64,000 nucleotides of DNA from Octopus sinensis (GCF_006345805.1 NC_043005.1:4464001-4528000), one strand, 5' to 3'; shown: positions 1 to 12,648, counted from the first letter of the stretch. Translations and numbers: made by a program. The notes: generated by a model from the letters alone, not told the origin.

Positions 1-159
1 GAACTGAAACTGCTTGATGACATTGTTACCAAAGTGAAAGTTGATGGAGAACGAATTCTAGAAAAGACTGATGATACATCAACGTCAAAGATTCGCTCCA
101 ACTTGCAAGCTGTCCAGCAACAAAATGACCACATCAATGCAAGAGCCGTCGACCGCAAA
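1..159 (+). CDS. MACF1: Spectraplakin exon (5'-partial), spectrin repeat
   Basis: Open frame ELKLLDDIVTKVKVDGERILEK...NARAVDRK ending at donor AAA|GTAAGG (160); phase 0 matches next exon. Confidence 0.9.
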
Positions 160-1579
160 GTAAGGCCAACCTTTCGCTTCCTAAAACTTCTAACTTTTGC
201 TCTTTCGACTGCTGCTGCTGCTACTGCTGCTGCTGATTTCTTTTCTCACTGTTGAAGAAATAAGTACAAGCATTGCTGTATGCTTCAATTTGCTTCCCAA
301 CCACAGGGTTTTGAGTTCAGTCTCACTTCTTGGCACCGTGGGCCAACCAAAGCATTGTGAGATGGAAACTAAAAGAAGCCTGTTGTGTGTGTTTGGATCT
401 CCTTGTCTTGACATGTGTGATAGTTCTAAATGAGTGTAGCCATTTAGAACAAGCAGTGGTTTTTGTTACCAGTCTTCTGTGAACGCATGTTCAGTCATGG
501 GGAAGTATTACTTTGCTTGGAAATAGGTGAGAGTTGCTAACAGGAAAGGCATCATCCGTCCAGCTGTAGAAAATCTTCCTCAATGAATTTTATCTGAACC
601 ATGGAAGCATGAAAAAATGGATGTTAAATCAATGATGATAAAGGAAATACTGGCTGTGTATTTTATTAGCAAAACAGCCATGAAAGATTAAATCATACTC
701 TTCATTATCATCATATTATGTCCACATTCTATGCTGAGATAGGTTGGACTGTTTAACCAGATCTGATGAGTCTGAGGTCTGTATCATTCTCCAATATCTA
801 TTTTGGCATAATTCCCATGGTCGGATATACTTCCTAATGCCAACCACTTTACAGAATGTAGAATTTTTTTTTTTTTTGTGGCAACACCAGTACAATAGAG
901 GTTGCTTTGCCCTCAGCAAAACTAAAAAGCTCTCTCAAACCTGGTGTTGCCACTACACAATTCAATTTACAAACCACTTACAAATAATGCTGGATGAATA
1001 TTTTTCTTGTGGCACCAGCATCAGTGGGATTACCAAATACCTTGCAAGACAAAAGAGAGAGCCAACTCCTGTGACTGAAAGGATAGACATTAAAGTATGA
1101 GAATGGAAGAAAGATTTGTTGTGGTGAGATGATGATAATGAGGGGAGTATCAGAGGAAACATTGGCTGTGTATTTTATTAACAAAACAGCCTTGAAAGAA
1201 TTAAACCATACTCACCACCATTTTATGTCTGCCTTCTGTCCTGACAAAATCTGGACAATTTGAAAGGATCCAACAAATCAGAGGACCCATGCTCCAGTGT
1301 CTCAGTTTTGGCATGGTTTCTATGGTTGAATACCTTTTCTGATGCCAACCATTTTACAGAGCATCCTAGGTGTTTATTTTATATAATTTTTTTCATGGCA
1401 TCAGCACTATGGAAGTCAAGTGGAAAGGTTAAAGAATATCCTTGACCGAAAGAAGAATATGAAAGAGAGTGATGAGACCGGGTCAGATGTAATAAACAAA
1501 TAATTATTGCCTTTGGTATGAAATCTTTTGAAGCCTTGATTATATTCTAACAATATCTTTGGTTTTCTGTGATTTTCAG

Positions 1580-1735
1580 AATAAACTGGAGGAAGCGGTT
1601 GGTCATGCCAGTACATTCCATGATGATTTACACAAATTTATTGGTTGGTTGACTGATACTGAGAAAGAACTGAACAATCTTCAACCCGTTAGCAGAATTT
1701 TGGAGAAGATTACTGCACAAATTGAAGACCATAAA
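1580..1735 (+). CDS. MACF1: Spectraplakin exon, spectrin repeat
   Basis: TTTCAG acceptor, NKLEEAVGHASTFHDDLHKFIGWLTDTEKEL...EDHK, GTAAGA donor; 156 nt, phase 0-0; typical spectrin-repeat WL motif. Confidence 0.96.
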
Positions 1736-2031
1736 GTAAGATGGCAAATAATGTTGCTGTGTTTTTTGTTTTTTATTACATTGAAATAGAAGTGAAGCCA
1801 GTTCTAAATTAATTTAGTTCACCCCCGCTAAATATAACAGCTATATGTACCTCAGATGATACACGCACGCACGCACGCGCGCGCGCGCGCGCGAATGAAT
1901 TATCCTTTGTTTACCGTTAACATGGAAAATTCAATAAAGTTACCAGGGTAGCAAAATTCACGCAAGTAACACAGATGAAGCGACCTATTCAAAGGTAGAA
2001 ACTCCTGGTTAATGTCTAGTAATTTGTGTAG

Positions 2032-2604
2032 TATAAGTAGATAAATGGAGTTGAACGCAGATGTTATTAAAATTCTTTTATTTTCGACATATGTTTCAAA
2101 GACAACATTGGTTTTATTCCAAAGGAATAAACGGTGTAAAATGCAATCTTCTCATCAGGAAAGAAAGAGAGCCTATCTCAACAACAAGACATTATAACAA
2201 TTACGATGACTACATAAATGATAAACAGAACGTCATTAAGTATTTTTAAAAAACCGTTAGTAGATTCGACGTCAAAGGCAGACACTAGAAAGAGAAGGGT
2301 TAAAGGAATAATAAGTAGAGAACAAATAGAGAGGGATACGTTGGTTAAAAAAATGTTCAAAGGCTTAGAAGTAGATTTCTCTATTGAAGTAAAGTGCAAG
2401 TTAAACTAACTGGTCAGACCATAAAGACTGGCAAAAATCACTTATATGAGCTAAAGGTATGTTTCTGCCAGTGTTTACATTTGTAAGATCGCTCTATAAG
2501 TGTGTTATTCCTTTGGTATAAAACCAATGTTGTCTTCGAAACATATGTCGAAAGTAAAAGAATTTTAATAACATCTGCATTCAATTCCATTTATTTACTT
2601 ATAT
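2032..2604. mobile_element. Fold-back non-autonomous DNA element with 99-bp terminal inverted repeats
   Basis: 2032-2130 is the reverse complement of 2505-2604 with 6 mismatches; TA at both ends. Confidence 0.85.
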
Positions 2605-3464
2605 ATATATATATAGGACCCAGAGAGCTGGTTTCTATAGCAACATAAATCACCAATATCACAACATTTCCCTGAACATGAAATTGTTTTGCTCAAGAAC
2701 ACAATGCATTGCCCAGTCTGGGAATTGAAACTGTGATCTTGTGATTGAGTGCAGCACCCTAACCGTTAGGCCATGCACCTTCACAATCACACATTAGTTT
2801 CGAAAAGTAACAGGGCAAGTTGTATAATGTAATCCTAGATGCACCTAAAATGACAAGGTGGGCAAGGCTGGAATACCTTTTTTCATAGGACTGTTTGATG
2901 GAAGTTGGCTTCACACTAAACAACAACAGTATTGATTATTGCAATGGACACCCTATTAAGCTAGCATGTTGGCTTGCTAGAAACAGCAGCCGATTCTCTC
3001 TCAAATGACTGACCTTAAAATGGAAAGACACATCAGATAATGTAACCCTAAGTGCACAAACTGAAAAAATACACATTTGATCATAGTTCTTTTCCATCAA
3101 GCTTGGCCTGGGGTTAAACAGGATCACCATCACAATGGATGAGCCAATGAAAGCACCTCTATGCAGTTTCTTCATTTGCTAGGTAAATCTACCTTAAATT
3201 ACATCCATTAAGCAAGGATGGTCATATTGGATAATGTAGTCCTTAAAAAATGGGTTAGTCACAGGTCAAATGTCTTTAGTTGTATGTGTTCTCAGTCAGG
3301 TCTGTCCAGGAGCTAAACTACATCATTGAAATAGATTCTATATAATTATATTGGAGCGAACAGATGTGATGGTCATAGGTGAAATGTCTTTTACCTTCTA
3401 TACCACATGTACAATTTAATTATGTTGGAGCAAACAAAACTTAGAAACCTTTCTTCTCTTATTT

Positions 3465-3800
3465 TTCATCATTATCATCGTTTAGTGTCCGTTTTCCATG
3501 TTGGCATGGGTTGGATGGTTTGACTGAGGGCTGGAGAGCCAGCGGTTGCTCCAATCTGATCTGACAATGTTTCTACAGCTGGATGCCCTTCCTAATGCCA
3601 ATCACTCCGAGAGTGTAGTGGGTGCTTTTTACATGCCACCAGCACAAGGGCCAGTCAGGCGGGCCTGGCATTGGCCACGTTTGGATACTGCTTTTTACAT
3701 GCTACTGGCACAGGAGCCAGGCTGGTGGGCCTGGCATTGATCACATTTGGATACTGCTTTTTACGTGCCACCGGCACAGGAGCCAGTCACGGGGCATGGG
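3465..3800 (-). mobile_element. Short RTE 3' UTR fragment; similar fragments at about 10750-10920(+), 15285-15545(-), 19435-19760(-), 24308-24500(-), 39120-39310(+), 46825-46990(-), 50980-51510(-)
   Basis: Shared core ATCATCGTTTAACGTCCGTTTTCCATGCTGGCATGGGTTGGA...CTGGATGCCCTTCCTAATGCCAACC identical in organisation to the 3' end of the long RTE copy. Confidence 0.8.
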
Positions 3801-3983
3801 CATCAGAGAGAAACAGGAGCACTGACAAGGCATCTGTTGATGGCTTTATGCCCTGTAGGGAGCTGAAAGGCTAAAAGAAGACCAAGAGGTCATAGAAACT
3901 ATTTTGAAGAATGTAAGAATATATTTCATTTTCACTGTAAAGGACCGATAAATAAAAAATGTTCTTTTCCCTTTTTATTGCAG

Positions 3984-4190
3984 AGCTTACAAAAGGATAT
4001 TGCTCAAAATAGAGAAGCTATGATACTTTTGGATAAACGAGGAACCCATTTGAAGTATTTTAGTCAAAAACAGGATGTCATCCTTATCAAGAATCTCTTG
4101 TCAAGTGTACAGCATCGGTGGGAGAAAATTGTGTCTCGAAGTGCTGAACGCACGCGGCATTTAGAACGAGGTTATAAAGAAGCCAGGCAG
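3984..4190 (+). CDS. MACF1: Spectraplakin exon, spectrin repeat
   Basis: TTGCAG acceptor, SLQKDIAQNRE...GTHLKYFSQKQDVILIKNLLSSVQHRWEKIVSRSAERTRHLERGYKEARQ, GTAGGT donor; 207 nt; LKYFSQKQDV.LIKNLL.SVQ.RWEK is highly conserved in MACF1/dystonin/shot. Confidence 0.97.
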
Positions 4191-5034
4191 GTAGGTGAAA
4201 CGTTGCAGACTTTGTCAAGAGATTGGTGCAGAAATGATTTGTGTAATAAAAGATTTGTTCAGTTTAGGTGATGGAAGAAATGATTAAGTTAATAGAACAC
4301 CAATCTTGGTTTCTGTTTTACAGCATTTATAACTGTTTTGGGTTGTAATCTTAGAATTTGATCTTAATAGCATGTTATCTATAAGATTAATGTTACCATC
4401 ATTATCAGTTGGGTTCTGTGATGGAAACTTCTTGTTTTCAAGTGATCTAAATTTTAATTTCATATTAATATGGTCAAACAGCTTCATAATGACAGTTTAT
4501 TTTATTAGAAGCTTTTTCATTTTCAAAATTAATTGAACCAAAGGCAGAAATATGGTTTAAAAAAAGGGTTAATCAACTGCATCCAGTTCCTACACTTAAA
4601 TTATACCAAGAAATAAATATTGGTTTCAAATTTTGGCTCAAGGCCAGCAATTTTGAGGGAGGGGTTAAGTCAATTGCACCGACCCCTGTGTTCAACTGGG
4701 ACTTATTTTATTGACCCTGAAATAATGAAAGGCAAAACTGACCTCAGCTGAATTTGAACCAAGAAATATAACAATTATTATTTTAACACGTTTGCTACCA
4801 CATTTCTATTGAAATACACCACCTTTGTTCCAATCAATTCTGAAAATAACAAAGAATTTAGTAAAATAACTTTATCATTTTTAAGCTGGTGTTTGGAACA
4901 GAAATGAACCTGAAGTTTTGATGGAATGTCTTAATTTGGATCATTTTAAATATGAAGTTTGTATCATAGAACCAAGGACAGTCTTGGAAAGGTTGCTATC
5001 AAAAGTATTTATTTGGTTTGTTGTGTGCCTACAT

Positions 5035-5545
5035 CAATGACTGATGCATCTGGACACATCTTCAGTGATGTGCCTGGTATCATTGGGTATTTTGGGTCTT
5101 TCAACATCATACAGCCTCCTCCAGGTGACCCAGCTGGGGCTGATCAAACCCCTGCTTATGTCCAGGTGGCCACCTAGCTACCCTATGGTTCTCCTCTTTT
5201 GATCTGCAGCCATCTTGAAGCCCTCTCTTCTGCATCAGTGGTACAGCAGATGGCCTTCCTCCTCACTTCCTCATTGCCCAAACTGCTGAAGGCTCTGGTC
5301 AGGGAACGGGCTGTGAAACCCCTGCATCCAACCTCCACTGGGAGACACCTCACTCTCCAACCATCCCACTAGCAGTCACTGACCAGACCCACGTACATGG
5401 AGAGCTTTTTCTCAAAAGCTTCTTCCCTGCAATCTTCTCATGGGACAGTCAGCTCCAGCAGCACCACTTGGTGGACTCAGACACAAGGACAATGTCTGGT
5501 CACAGGGTGGTGACCACAATGTGGCCAGAGAACTTCAGTATAGAT
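5035..5545 (-). mobile_element. 3' fragment of a restriction-like-endonuclease (RLE) non-LTR retrotransposon, Hero/NeSL-like, pseudogenised
   Basis: Minus-strand translation LKFSGHIVVTTL*PDIVLVSESTK/QVVLLELTVP*ED..EEAFEKKL.MY.GLVSDC...GWRVRCLPVEVGCRGF...AEERASRWL = PD-(D/E)xK RLE C-terminus, followed by a GC-rich 3' UTR. Confidence 0.75.
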
Positions 5546-5802
5546 GTGCCAATGAATCAAACCCAGAATGCAGTGAACTGAAACTAAATTCTGTAAATTG
5601 TCTTCTGTTTCTCTCTACAGGAATTGACAGAAAATAAAATTATGAAAATTTTAAGCTGCTGATTTGATAACTATAAAAAAAAAATGTCTATATTCTTATC
5701 AATATTTATCCCTCCTCTATTTTTTACTTTACAGACAGCAAATACACTTTTTGTTATGATTTGTTTATAATTTTTGTATTCACTTTTTGCTTTATCTTTC
5801 AG

Positions 5803-5922
5803 TTCCATAATTTATGGAATGAGTTACTTGACTGGCTTAACGAAGCAGATAAAATCCTTGATTCAGACACATCGATCAGCAATGATCCAGCAAAGATTAA
5901 AGTTCAAATTGCAAAACACAAG
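5803..5922 (+). CDS. MACF1: Spectraplakin exon, spectrin repeat
   Basis: TTTCAG acceptor, FHNLWNELLDWLNEADKILD...NDPAKIKVQIAKHK, GTAACT donor; 120 nt, phase 0-0. Confidence 0.96.
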
Positions 5923-6134
5923 GTAACTGCCATTTATATTTATTGTATATATATATATATATTCACACACACACACTCTCTCTCTCTCTCTTATTCAATA
6001 AATCTTTATACAAATCTGGTTTTAACAACTCCAAATGCAAAATGCGACACAGAAGCTTTCAAATTAACAAGGCCTATAACTTTTTATATATGTCATTCAG
6101 TTATCTAAAACAATATTTATTTGATATTTTTCAG

Positions 6135-6301
6135 GAATTTCAAAGAAATCTGGGCAGCAAGCAACCAGTGTATGATACAATAAATCGTACCGCTCGTAAC
6201 TTAAAAGATCGTTCACCAGTTAGCGATCATCCTGCCATTCAACAAAAACTGAGTGAATTGAAGGGCAGATGGAATACAGTTTGTGGGAAGTCTGTAGCCC
6301 G
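6135..6301 (+). CDS. MACF1: Spectraplakin exon, spectrin repeat
   Basis: EFQRNLGSKQPVYDTINRTARNLKDR...LKGRWNTVCGKSVAR; 167 nt, phase 0-2, GTAAGT donor. Confidence 0.97.
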
Positions 6302-7284
6302 GTAAGTTTTTTTCTTTACAATGCTTGCTTAGAATTTAGTGTTCTGTTTGAAGTTGGTGCTTGTTCCTGAAGAATATCCATGGTTGTAGATTCAATCTAT
6401 CACTTGGTTTGACTTCACCATCTGGCTTTTGTACTTTGAGCAAACTTAATTCTGTTGCAAAAACTTGGAGATGGGCTTACTGTCAGAGAAATAACTTCTT
6501 TTATTCTTACCTTCAGTTTTGGAGGCCCTGAGGAGGTTTGAAGCATTACTATTCTTCTTCTAAACCAGAAAAATGCAAATTATATGTTAAAGTTTTAATT
6601 AAATGGAAAAATTCTCCAGAATGATGCCATTTTTTACATGGTGTGCTCTTGTTTGAATGAAGAATCCTTTCTCCAAATAAACAGATCTAGTGATAGATTA
6701 CTGAGTTAGCTCTTAAGAACCTCACTTGTCTGGTGGGCATCCAGAAGTCATGCACCACTTTCTCTTCCTCATCTTTTGTGTGTGTGTGTGTGTGTGCGCA
6801 CGCTCCAAAGAGTATCATATTTCTCCATATTGGCTATTTATTATAATGCAACATCCCACCTCTAAAATTATCACACACATTGATCTATGTTGGCCAAATG
6901 ATAGAGGAGTGCTCAAATCATGTTGAACAAGATTTGGTTTCAATAAAAACTATATATATATATATATATAATTTAAAAATAGGATAAAATCTTTATAAGA
7001 ATTTATCAAGTAGTTAGCATGAAAAAGCTCATAAGAGAAAAAAACCATCAATTTTTCTGTTAAATATATTTATTTATCACATGCTAGGAGGGACTCTTAA
7101 AGTCAAAACTACCAAAATAAATTTATTTATTTTGGTCGTATTCATTCATTCATTTTTTTTTTCACATTCGTTTTCCCATGCTAGTATGGGTTAGACAAAT
7201 ATATCATTGAGACATTCTTTTACAAGAAAAGGATTTCTCATTCTCTTCTTGAAAGTTATGAATTGTTATTTTTCATTTGTTCAG

Positions 7285-7444
7285 ACAAAGAAATCTAGAA
7301 GAGGCTCTACTGTTCTCTGGTCAATTCAATGATGCACTGCAAGCTCTGTTGGACTGGTTATCAAAATCTGAACCCAGTTTGTCTGAAGATCAACCTGTCC
7401 ATGGTGATATTGAAACTGTTAACAACCTTACAGAAATACACAAG
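7285..7444 (+). CDS. MACF1: Spectraplakin exon, spectrin repeat
   Basis: [53 protein letters not shown]; 160 nt, phase 2-0, GTAAGC donor. Confidence 0.97.
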
Positions 7445-8256
7445 GTAAGCAGACTTCTTTCACCTCGACTGTCGAGGGTTTGTTTTGTTAGTTTGTTTGT
7501 TTTTAGAATATAGTATTTATTTTATTGACCCTATTAAAATTTCCATGGATGGAAAATGTCAATATAAAGCTGACTGTATTGATCTGGTCAGATATTGAAT
7601 TATCTAATGAGATCAATAAAAACTGGGATGTTATGGATGAAAAAGACATTTCAGTTGAACCATAAGAATCAAGGTTCAATTCCAACAAGAAACTAAGTCT
7701 TCACATGCTTTTCTGTTTATCGACTCATTTTATCTCATTTCCACTAATGTCTAATGATTTACATTCAGCTTTTAAATGGTATTTTACACTTTATTTCATA
7801 AATAAAATTTCAAAATATACAGCAAGATTATATTAAATTATATTATCAATGACTTTTTAAAGAAAACAGCAGTGTTTTTATTTTTATAGTTGAGACGTGC
7901 AACACATTTCTGACTTATAAATTATGATGCAGGATGCATAAAAAAAATCATAGTCAACAAATACATGCTGTACGCAAGTTCAAACCATGATGATAACTAA
8001 AAAGAAAACGGTAAAGAATTAGCTACATGAAGACATTATTGCCATCTGCCTAACTTTACTAGTGCCATGCCGATGGCTGTGTAAAATAGGGGAGATTTTT
8101 CTGCCACACTTTGTGTAGTTCACATTTCTAACAATAATCCTAAATACTTGGTGTATTTCACGCTTCTGGGACAACCATCAAATACCTGACACATTTTATG
8201 CTTCTAATGCTTATTCTAAATTTGATAGAAATATTAATTTCTTTTCTCTTTCTCAG

Positions 8257-8451
8257 GCTTTCCAACAAGAATTGGGTGCCAGATCTAAGACTGTTTCTTT
8301 TGTACGCAATGCTGCCGAAGAACTGATAGGAAAATCCGAAGAAGACACAAGTGAACAGCAAGCACAGTTGATAGAGCTAACAACTCTATGGGACCGTATA
8401 TGTACATTGAGTGTTAACAAACAAGGACGTCTAGAACAAGCTCACAGAATG
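8257..8451 (+). CDS. MACF1: Spectraplakin exon, spectrin repeat
   Basis: AFQQELGARSKTVSFVRNAAEELI...LWDRICTLSVNKQGRLEQAHRM; 195 nt, TCTCAG / GTTAGT. Confidence 0.96.
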
Positions 8452-10032
8452 GTTAGTTTCCTTTAAGATGTGAAAAGTATTATAAAGCCATCAGCAGATT
8501 TCATTAGGGTTATTCAATTAATTTGGTTGAATATTATAACCATTATTCCATGTTCATATTGATCGGATGGAATTCATTGAGGTAGATTTTTTTTCCATGG
8601 CCAGATGCTCTTTTTCTTACCAACCCTCACCTGTTTCCAAGCTAGGGTGTTTTTCCCCATGGTTAGACAGGTCTTTCATGGAAGACTTGAAATGAATGAC
8701 CTCACATGCACAATGGTGATGCTCATCTACAACCACCAGTCTCTCACACACACACACACAAGCTTCTCTCAGTTTCTCTCGACCAAATTGGTCATTCCAG
8801 GGCTGCAGCTGAAGACACTTGGACTAGCTGCCGTGCAGTGAGACTGAACCTAAAATCTTAACCAATCAGCTATCAAAATAAAACTGGTGTAACTTTATAC
8901 GCAGACAATACAAACCTGTCAGCTATAAACATGTCTTCTTCTTTGGACTGAAGGCTCAAATTATTGATCCACTCTGGCTCTCCACCCCTGTCTGCCCTGT
9001 GTCAGTCTGCACATTGTCAGTTACATCATAGGGGGTGGGCAGGGGACAACACAAGAGATGGAGTCCCTAAGTTTCCTTTCTCAATCACAGTACCAACTAA
9101 CAAAGAGGTTCATCTCTGCTGCATAAAATACATTGTGGTTCTCTGTATTATGCAAGACATTGATCAGGAAAATCAAGTGAGTCATTTCTCCAGCCTCTCA
9201 TGATATCCAGTGTCCTGCTGCCAACAGCTTCACCGTAACCCAAGCTTGGAGAGCTGATAGAATGCTACCCCTGCTCAAGGGAACTTCAGGGTGCAGCTTA
9301 ACATCATGCCCAGAACATGTAGTAAATGTAAATAGATATTCCAGCGATTTCAACATTGAGTACTCTAGATGTTTCAACTTCACTCCTCCTCTTTGAATTT
9401 TAGCCATAAGTGACTGAGTATCCCACATATACTCGTACTGTTAACATAATCCTTAGTCAGAATCAGCACAACACTTTTAGATGCTTAAGCTAAAAGGTAA
9501 ATATTTAAAATTAAAAATGTTAATTGGCAATCCGTCAGGGTTCCAGTTGGTCTGATCAATGGAACAGCCTACTTGTGAAATTAACATACAAGTGGCTGAG
9601 GACTCCACAGACACACATACCCTTCATGTAGTTCTCAGGGAGATATAGTGTTACACAATGTGACAAGGCTGGCCCTTTGAAACATAGGTACTAATCATTT
9701 TTGCCAGCTGAGTGGACTGGAACAACATGAAATAAAAGGTCTTGCTTAAGAATACATTGCACTGCTGGGAAATGAACTCGCGATCTTAAAATCATGAGCT
9801 AAATACGCTAAGCCACATGCCTTCACTATTCAGAAAACTACAAAATGGTGTCGAAAAAAATATTTTGGGGAGACATAAACATCAACTGCTTTGAAAAGGG
9901 AAATGAAATCTAAAGAAAAGAACAAGCAATGAATGGCTTTCTAAGCTTAACTGATTATCACTCTTCTCAAATGTCTCTTATTTGCACACACACACATGAT
10001 TTGTCTTTTCTGTGTTTTTTTTTAATTTAAAG

Positions 10033-10161
10033 GCTGAAGACTTCCATAAAAAGGCCCAGAGTTTATTGGATTGGTTAGCTGAAGCAGAAAGGCAGCTTCG
10101 CTATCAAGGATCTTTCCCTGATGATGAACAGGCTTTGCTGAAGCTGAGGGATGACCACAAG
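10033..10161 (+). CDS. MACF1: Spectraplakin exon, spectrin repeat (not in the supplied ORF track)
   Basis: AEDFHKKAQSLLDWLAEAERQLRYQGSFPDDEQALLKLRDDHK; 129 nt, TTAAAG / GTATTT, phase 0-0. Confidence 0.95.
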
Positions 10162-11349
10162 GTATTTCATTCATTCTGAAAGTTGTTGGAAATATTGTTT
10201 AAAACATTCATGAAATAATAAGAAATGTAATAAGGACGAAAGTAGTTCTTTCTACTAAAAGCACAAGGCCTGAAATGTGTGGGGAGGGGACAAGTTGACT
10301 ACAGCGACCCTGAAGGGATGAAGGGCAAAGTCAGCCTTGGCAGAATTTGAACTCAGAATGTAAAGAGTCAGAAAAAATGCTAACATTTTGTCTGACATTC
10401 CAATGATTCTTCCTGCTTGCTGCCTTAATAATAATCTTTCTATTATCGGCACAAAGCCTGAAATCTTGCAGGGGGAGGGGTGAGTTGATAACATCAACCC
10501 CAGTACTCAACTGGTATCTTATTTTATCAACCCCAAAAAGATGAAAGGCAAAGTTGACCTTGGCAGAATTTGAACTCAGAATGTAAAGACAGACAAAATG
10601 CCACTCAGCATTTTGCCCTGCAGACTAACCATTCTGCCAGTTCAATACTTTCATAATAATAATAATAATAATAATGACTCTGAAATGATTTGAGCAATTA
10701 TTAAAATCATATTTCAAGGAAAATTTAAGATAATTCCTTTCTGTACTCTGAAAGCACCCACTACATTCTTGGAGTGGTTGGCGTTAGGGAGGGCATCCAG
10801 CTATAGAAACATTGCCAGATCAGATTGGAGCCTGGTGTGGCTTCCTGGCTTGCCAGTCCCCAGTCAAACTGTCCAATCCAAGCCAGCATGGAAAATAGAC
10901 GTTAGACAATGATGATGATGAATACTACTTTCAGGAGTCCAGAAAGGAATTATCCTAAATTTTCCAAGAAATATGATTTTAATAATTGCTCAAATCATTT
11001 TAGGGTCTCTTCAGAGTCATTCAAATAACTGATCCAGTTAACTGATAGGTTGTCTGTATTCTCTTTAACCATTAAACTAACATCAATTTATGTCTCATTA
11101 GGGAACAGTGGACATCAATTGATATTTCAAAAACCCTACATGAATACAGCTATGATCAAGAAAAGTGAATATTTTACAGCACTTTTTGATAACGAGATCA
11201 TACATTTATTGTATGGCAGACTAACAATTATTATAATTTTTGTATTTAAAGTAAAAATATAACAATAATCCTTAAGAAAATGTGATTCCTTTGTGTTTTG
11301 CTTATTTGGCAAACTTTCTCCATAATTTAACAGTTAAATAAGTCTTTAA

Positions 11350-11571
11350 CCCTTTCGTTACTGTATTTATTTTGAGGTGCTTTGTGTTTCTTTCAATTAA
11401 TTTTAAATATAACAAAGAATTTCGTAAAATAACTCCGTTATCAATTCAGCTAGTGTTAGGAACATAAACTGTGACTAAGATTTGGTGGAAGATTTTAATT
11501 CAAAACTTATGAAAACCAGACATTTGTACTCTGAGCCAGAAGCGGTTTCAGCCAGGCTGGTAACGAAAAGG
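11350..11571. mobile_element. piggyBac-type MITE (222 bp)
   Basis: TTAA flanks; TIR CCCTTTCGTTAC / GTAACGAAAAGG, same termini as the 47078 element. Confidence 0.88.
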
Positions 11572-11723
11572 TTAATATCACCTCAAAAAGTGATGTTTTA
11601 GCATGGACTAAAAAAAATTACTAGTTTCAACTTTGCATATAAAAGATACCACCTCAAATTATATTACAGATTTTGATATAAATATATATATATATATATA
11701 TATTTTTTTTTTCTCAATTCCAG

Positions 11724-11867
11724 AAATTCGAAGAAAATCTCCTGTCTAAAGAAGCCGATTTAAGAGAAGCCTTGACCATTGGTCAAGAAATAATTGCCCG
11801 TTGCCATCCTGATTCCCTGTCCTCACTGAAAAATTGGCTTTCAGTATTACGGGCTCGGTGGGAAGAG
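11724..11867 (+). CDS. MACF1: Spectraplakin exon, spectrin repeat (not in the supplied ORF track)
   Basis: KFEENLLSKEADLREALTIGQEIIARCHPDSLSSLKNWLSVLRARWEE; 144 nt, TTCCAG / GTAAAA. Confidence 0.96.
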
Positions 11868-12118
11868 GTAAAAATTTCTTTCTTTTATCCAACAATTTCT
11901 GGAAGGATTTAGTTCCATCAAGAATTTCATCCTTTTATTGGTTTCTGTCATTTCAGGGTTTAGTGATGGGGGACAAACACAAAGGCACACACACACACAT
12001 AGATATATATGCATACATATAGTAAATCCAAAAAGAAAAATGAAGAACAAACACAAAAATAACGCAAGTATGTGGTACATGCAAAGTATTAGCAGACGCT
12101 CAGAAGGAAAGAAAGATG

Positions 12119-12154
12119 GTATAACGTTTCGAGCAGACGCTCTTCTTCAGAAAC
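12119..12154 (-). ncRNA. Hammerhead-like motif in a different Penelope-like terminal fragment (about 12030-12210)
   Basis: GUUU CUGAAGA A GAGC GUCU GCUC GAAAC GUU AUAC; stem II perfect, stem I has one mismatch. Confidence 0.6.
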
Positions 12155-12210
12155 AGAGCAAAGTCCAATAGAAAAAGAAGGAGGAAGAAAATCGCCAACA
12201 ATTCACATGT

Positions 12211-12263
<53 letters not shown>

Positions 12264-12459
12264 GGGTTTCTGTCTACCAAATCCATGCAGAAGGCTTTGG
12301 TTGGCCTGAGGCTAAAGTAGAAGACACTTGCCCAAGGTGCTATGCAGTGGAACCGAACCTAGAACCATGGGGTTAGGAAGCAAATTCTTACCACTCAGCC
12401 ACATCTGTGCCTATAATTTGTCACATTTTAATTATTTTTTTCTTTTTTACTTTAACCAG

Positions 12460-12648
12460 TTAACCTCCTGGTCCCGGCAACGAGGCTTACGTTTGGCAGA
12501 TGGTCTGAAGGTTATGCGCCAGAACGCAGCCATTCTTGAAAATCTGCTTCAATGGCTGGCTGATGCTGAAGGTACATTGTTGAACCAAAACCAAATGGCT
12601 ATACCCGAAAATCTGGAAGTTATCAATCAACTTATAAAAGATCATCAG
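12460..12648 (+). CDS. MACF1: Spectraplakin exon, spectrin repeat
   Basis: LTSWSRQRGLRLADGL...LENLLQWLADAEGTL...IPENLEVINQLIKDHQ; 189 nt, AACCAG / GTCTTT. Confidence 0.95.
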
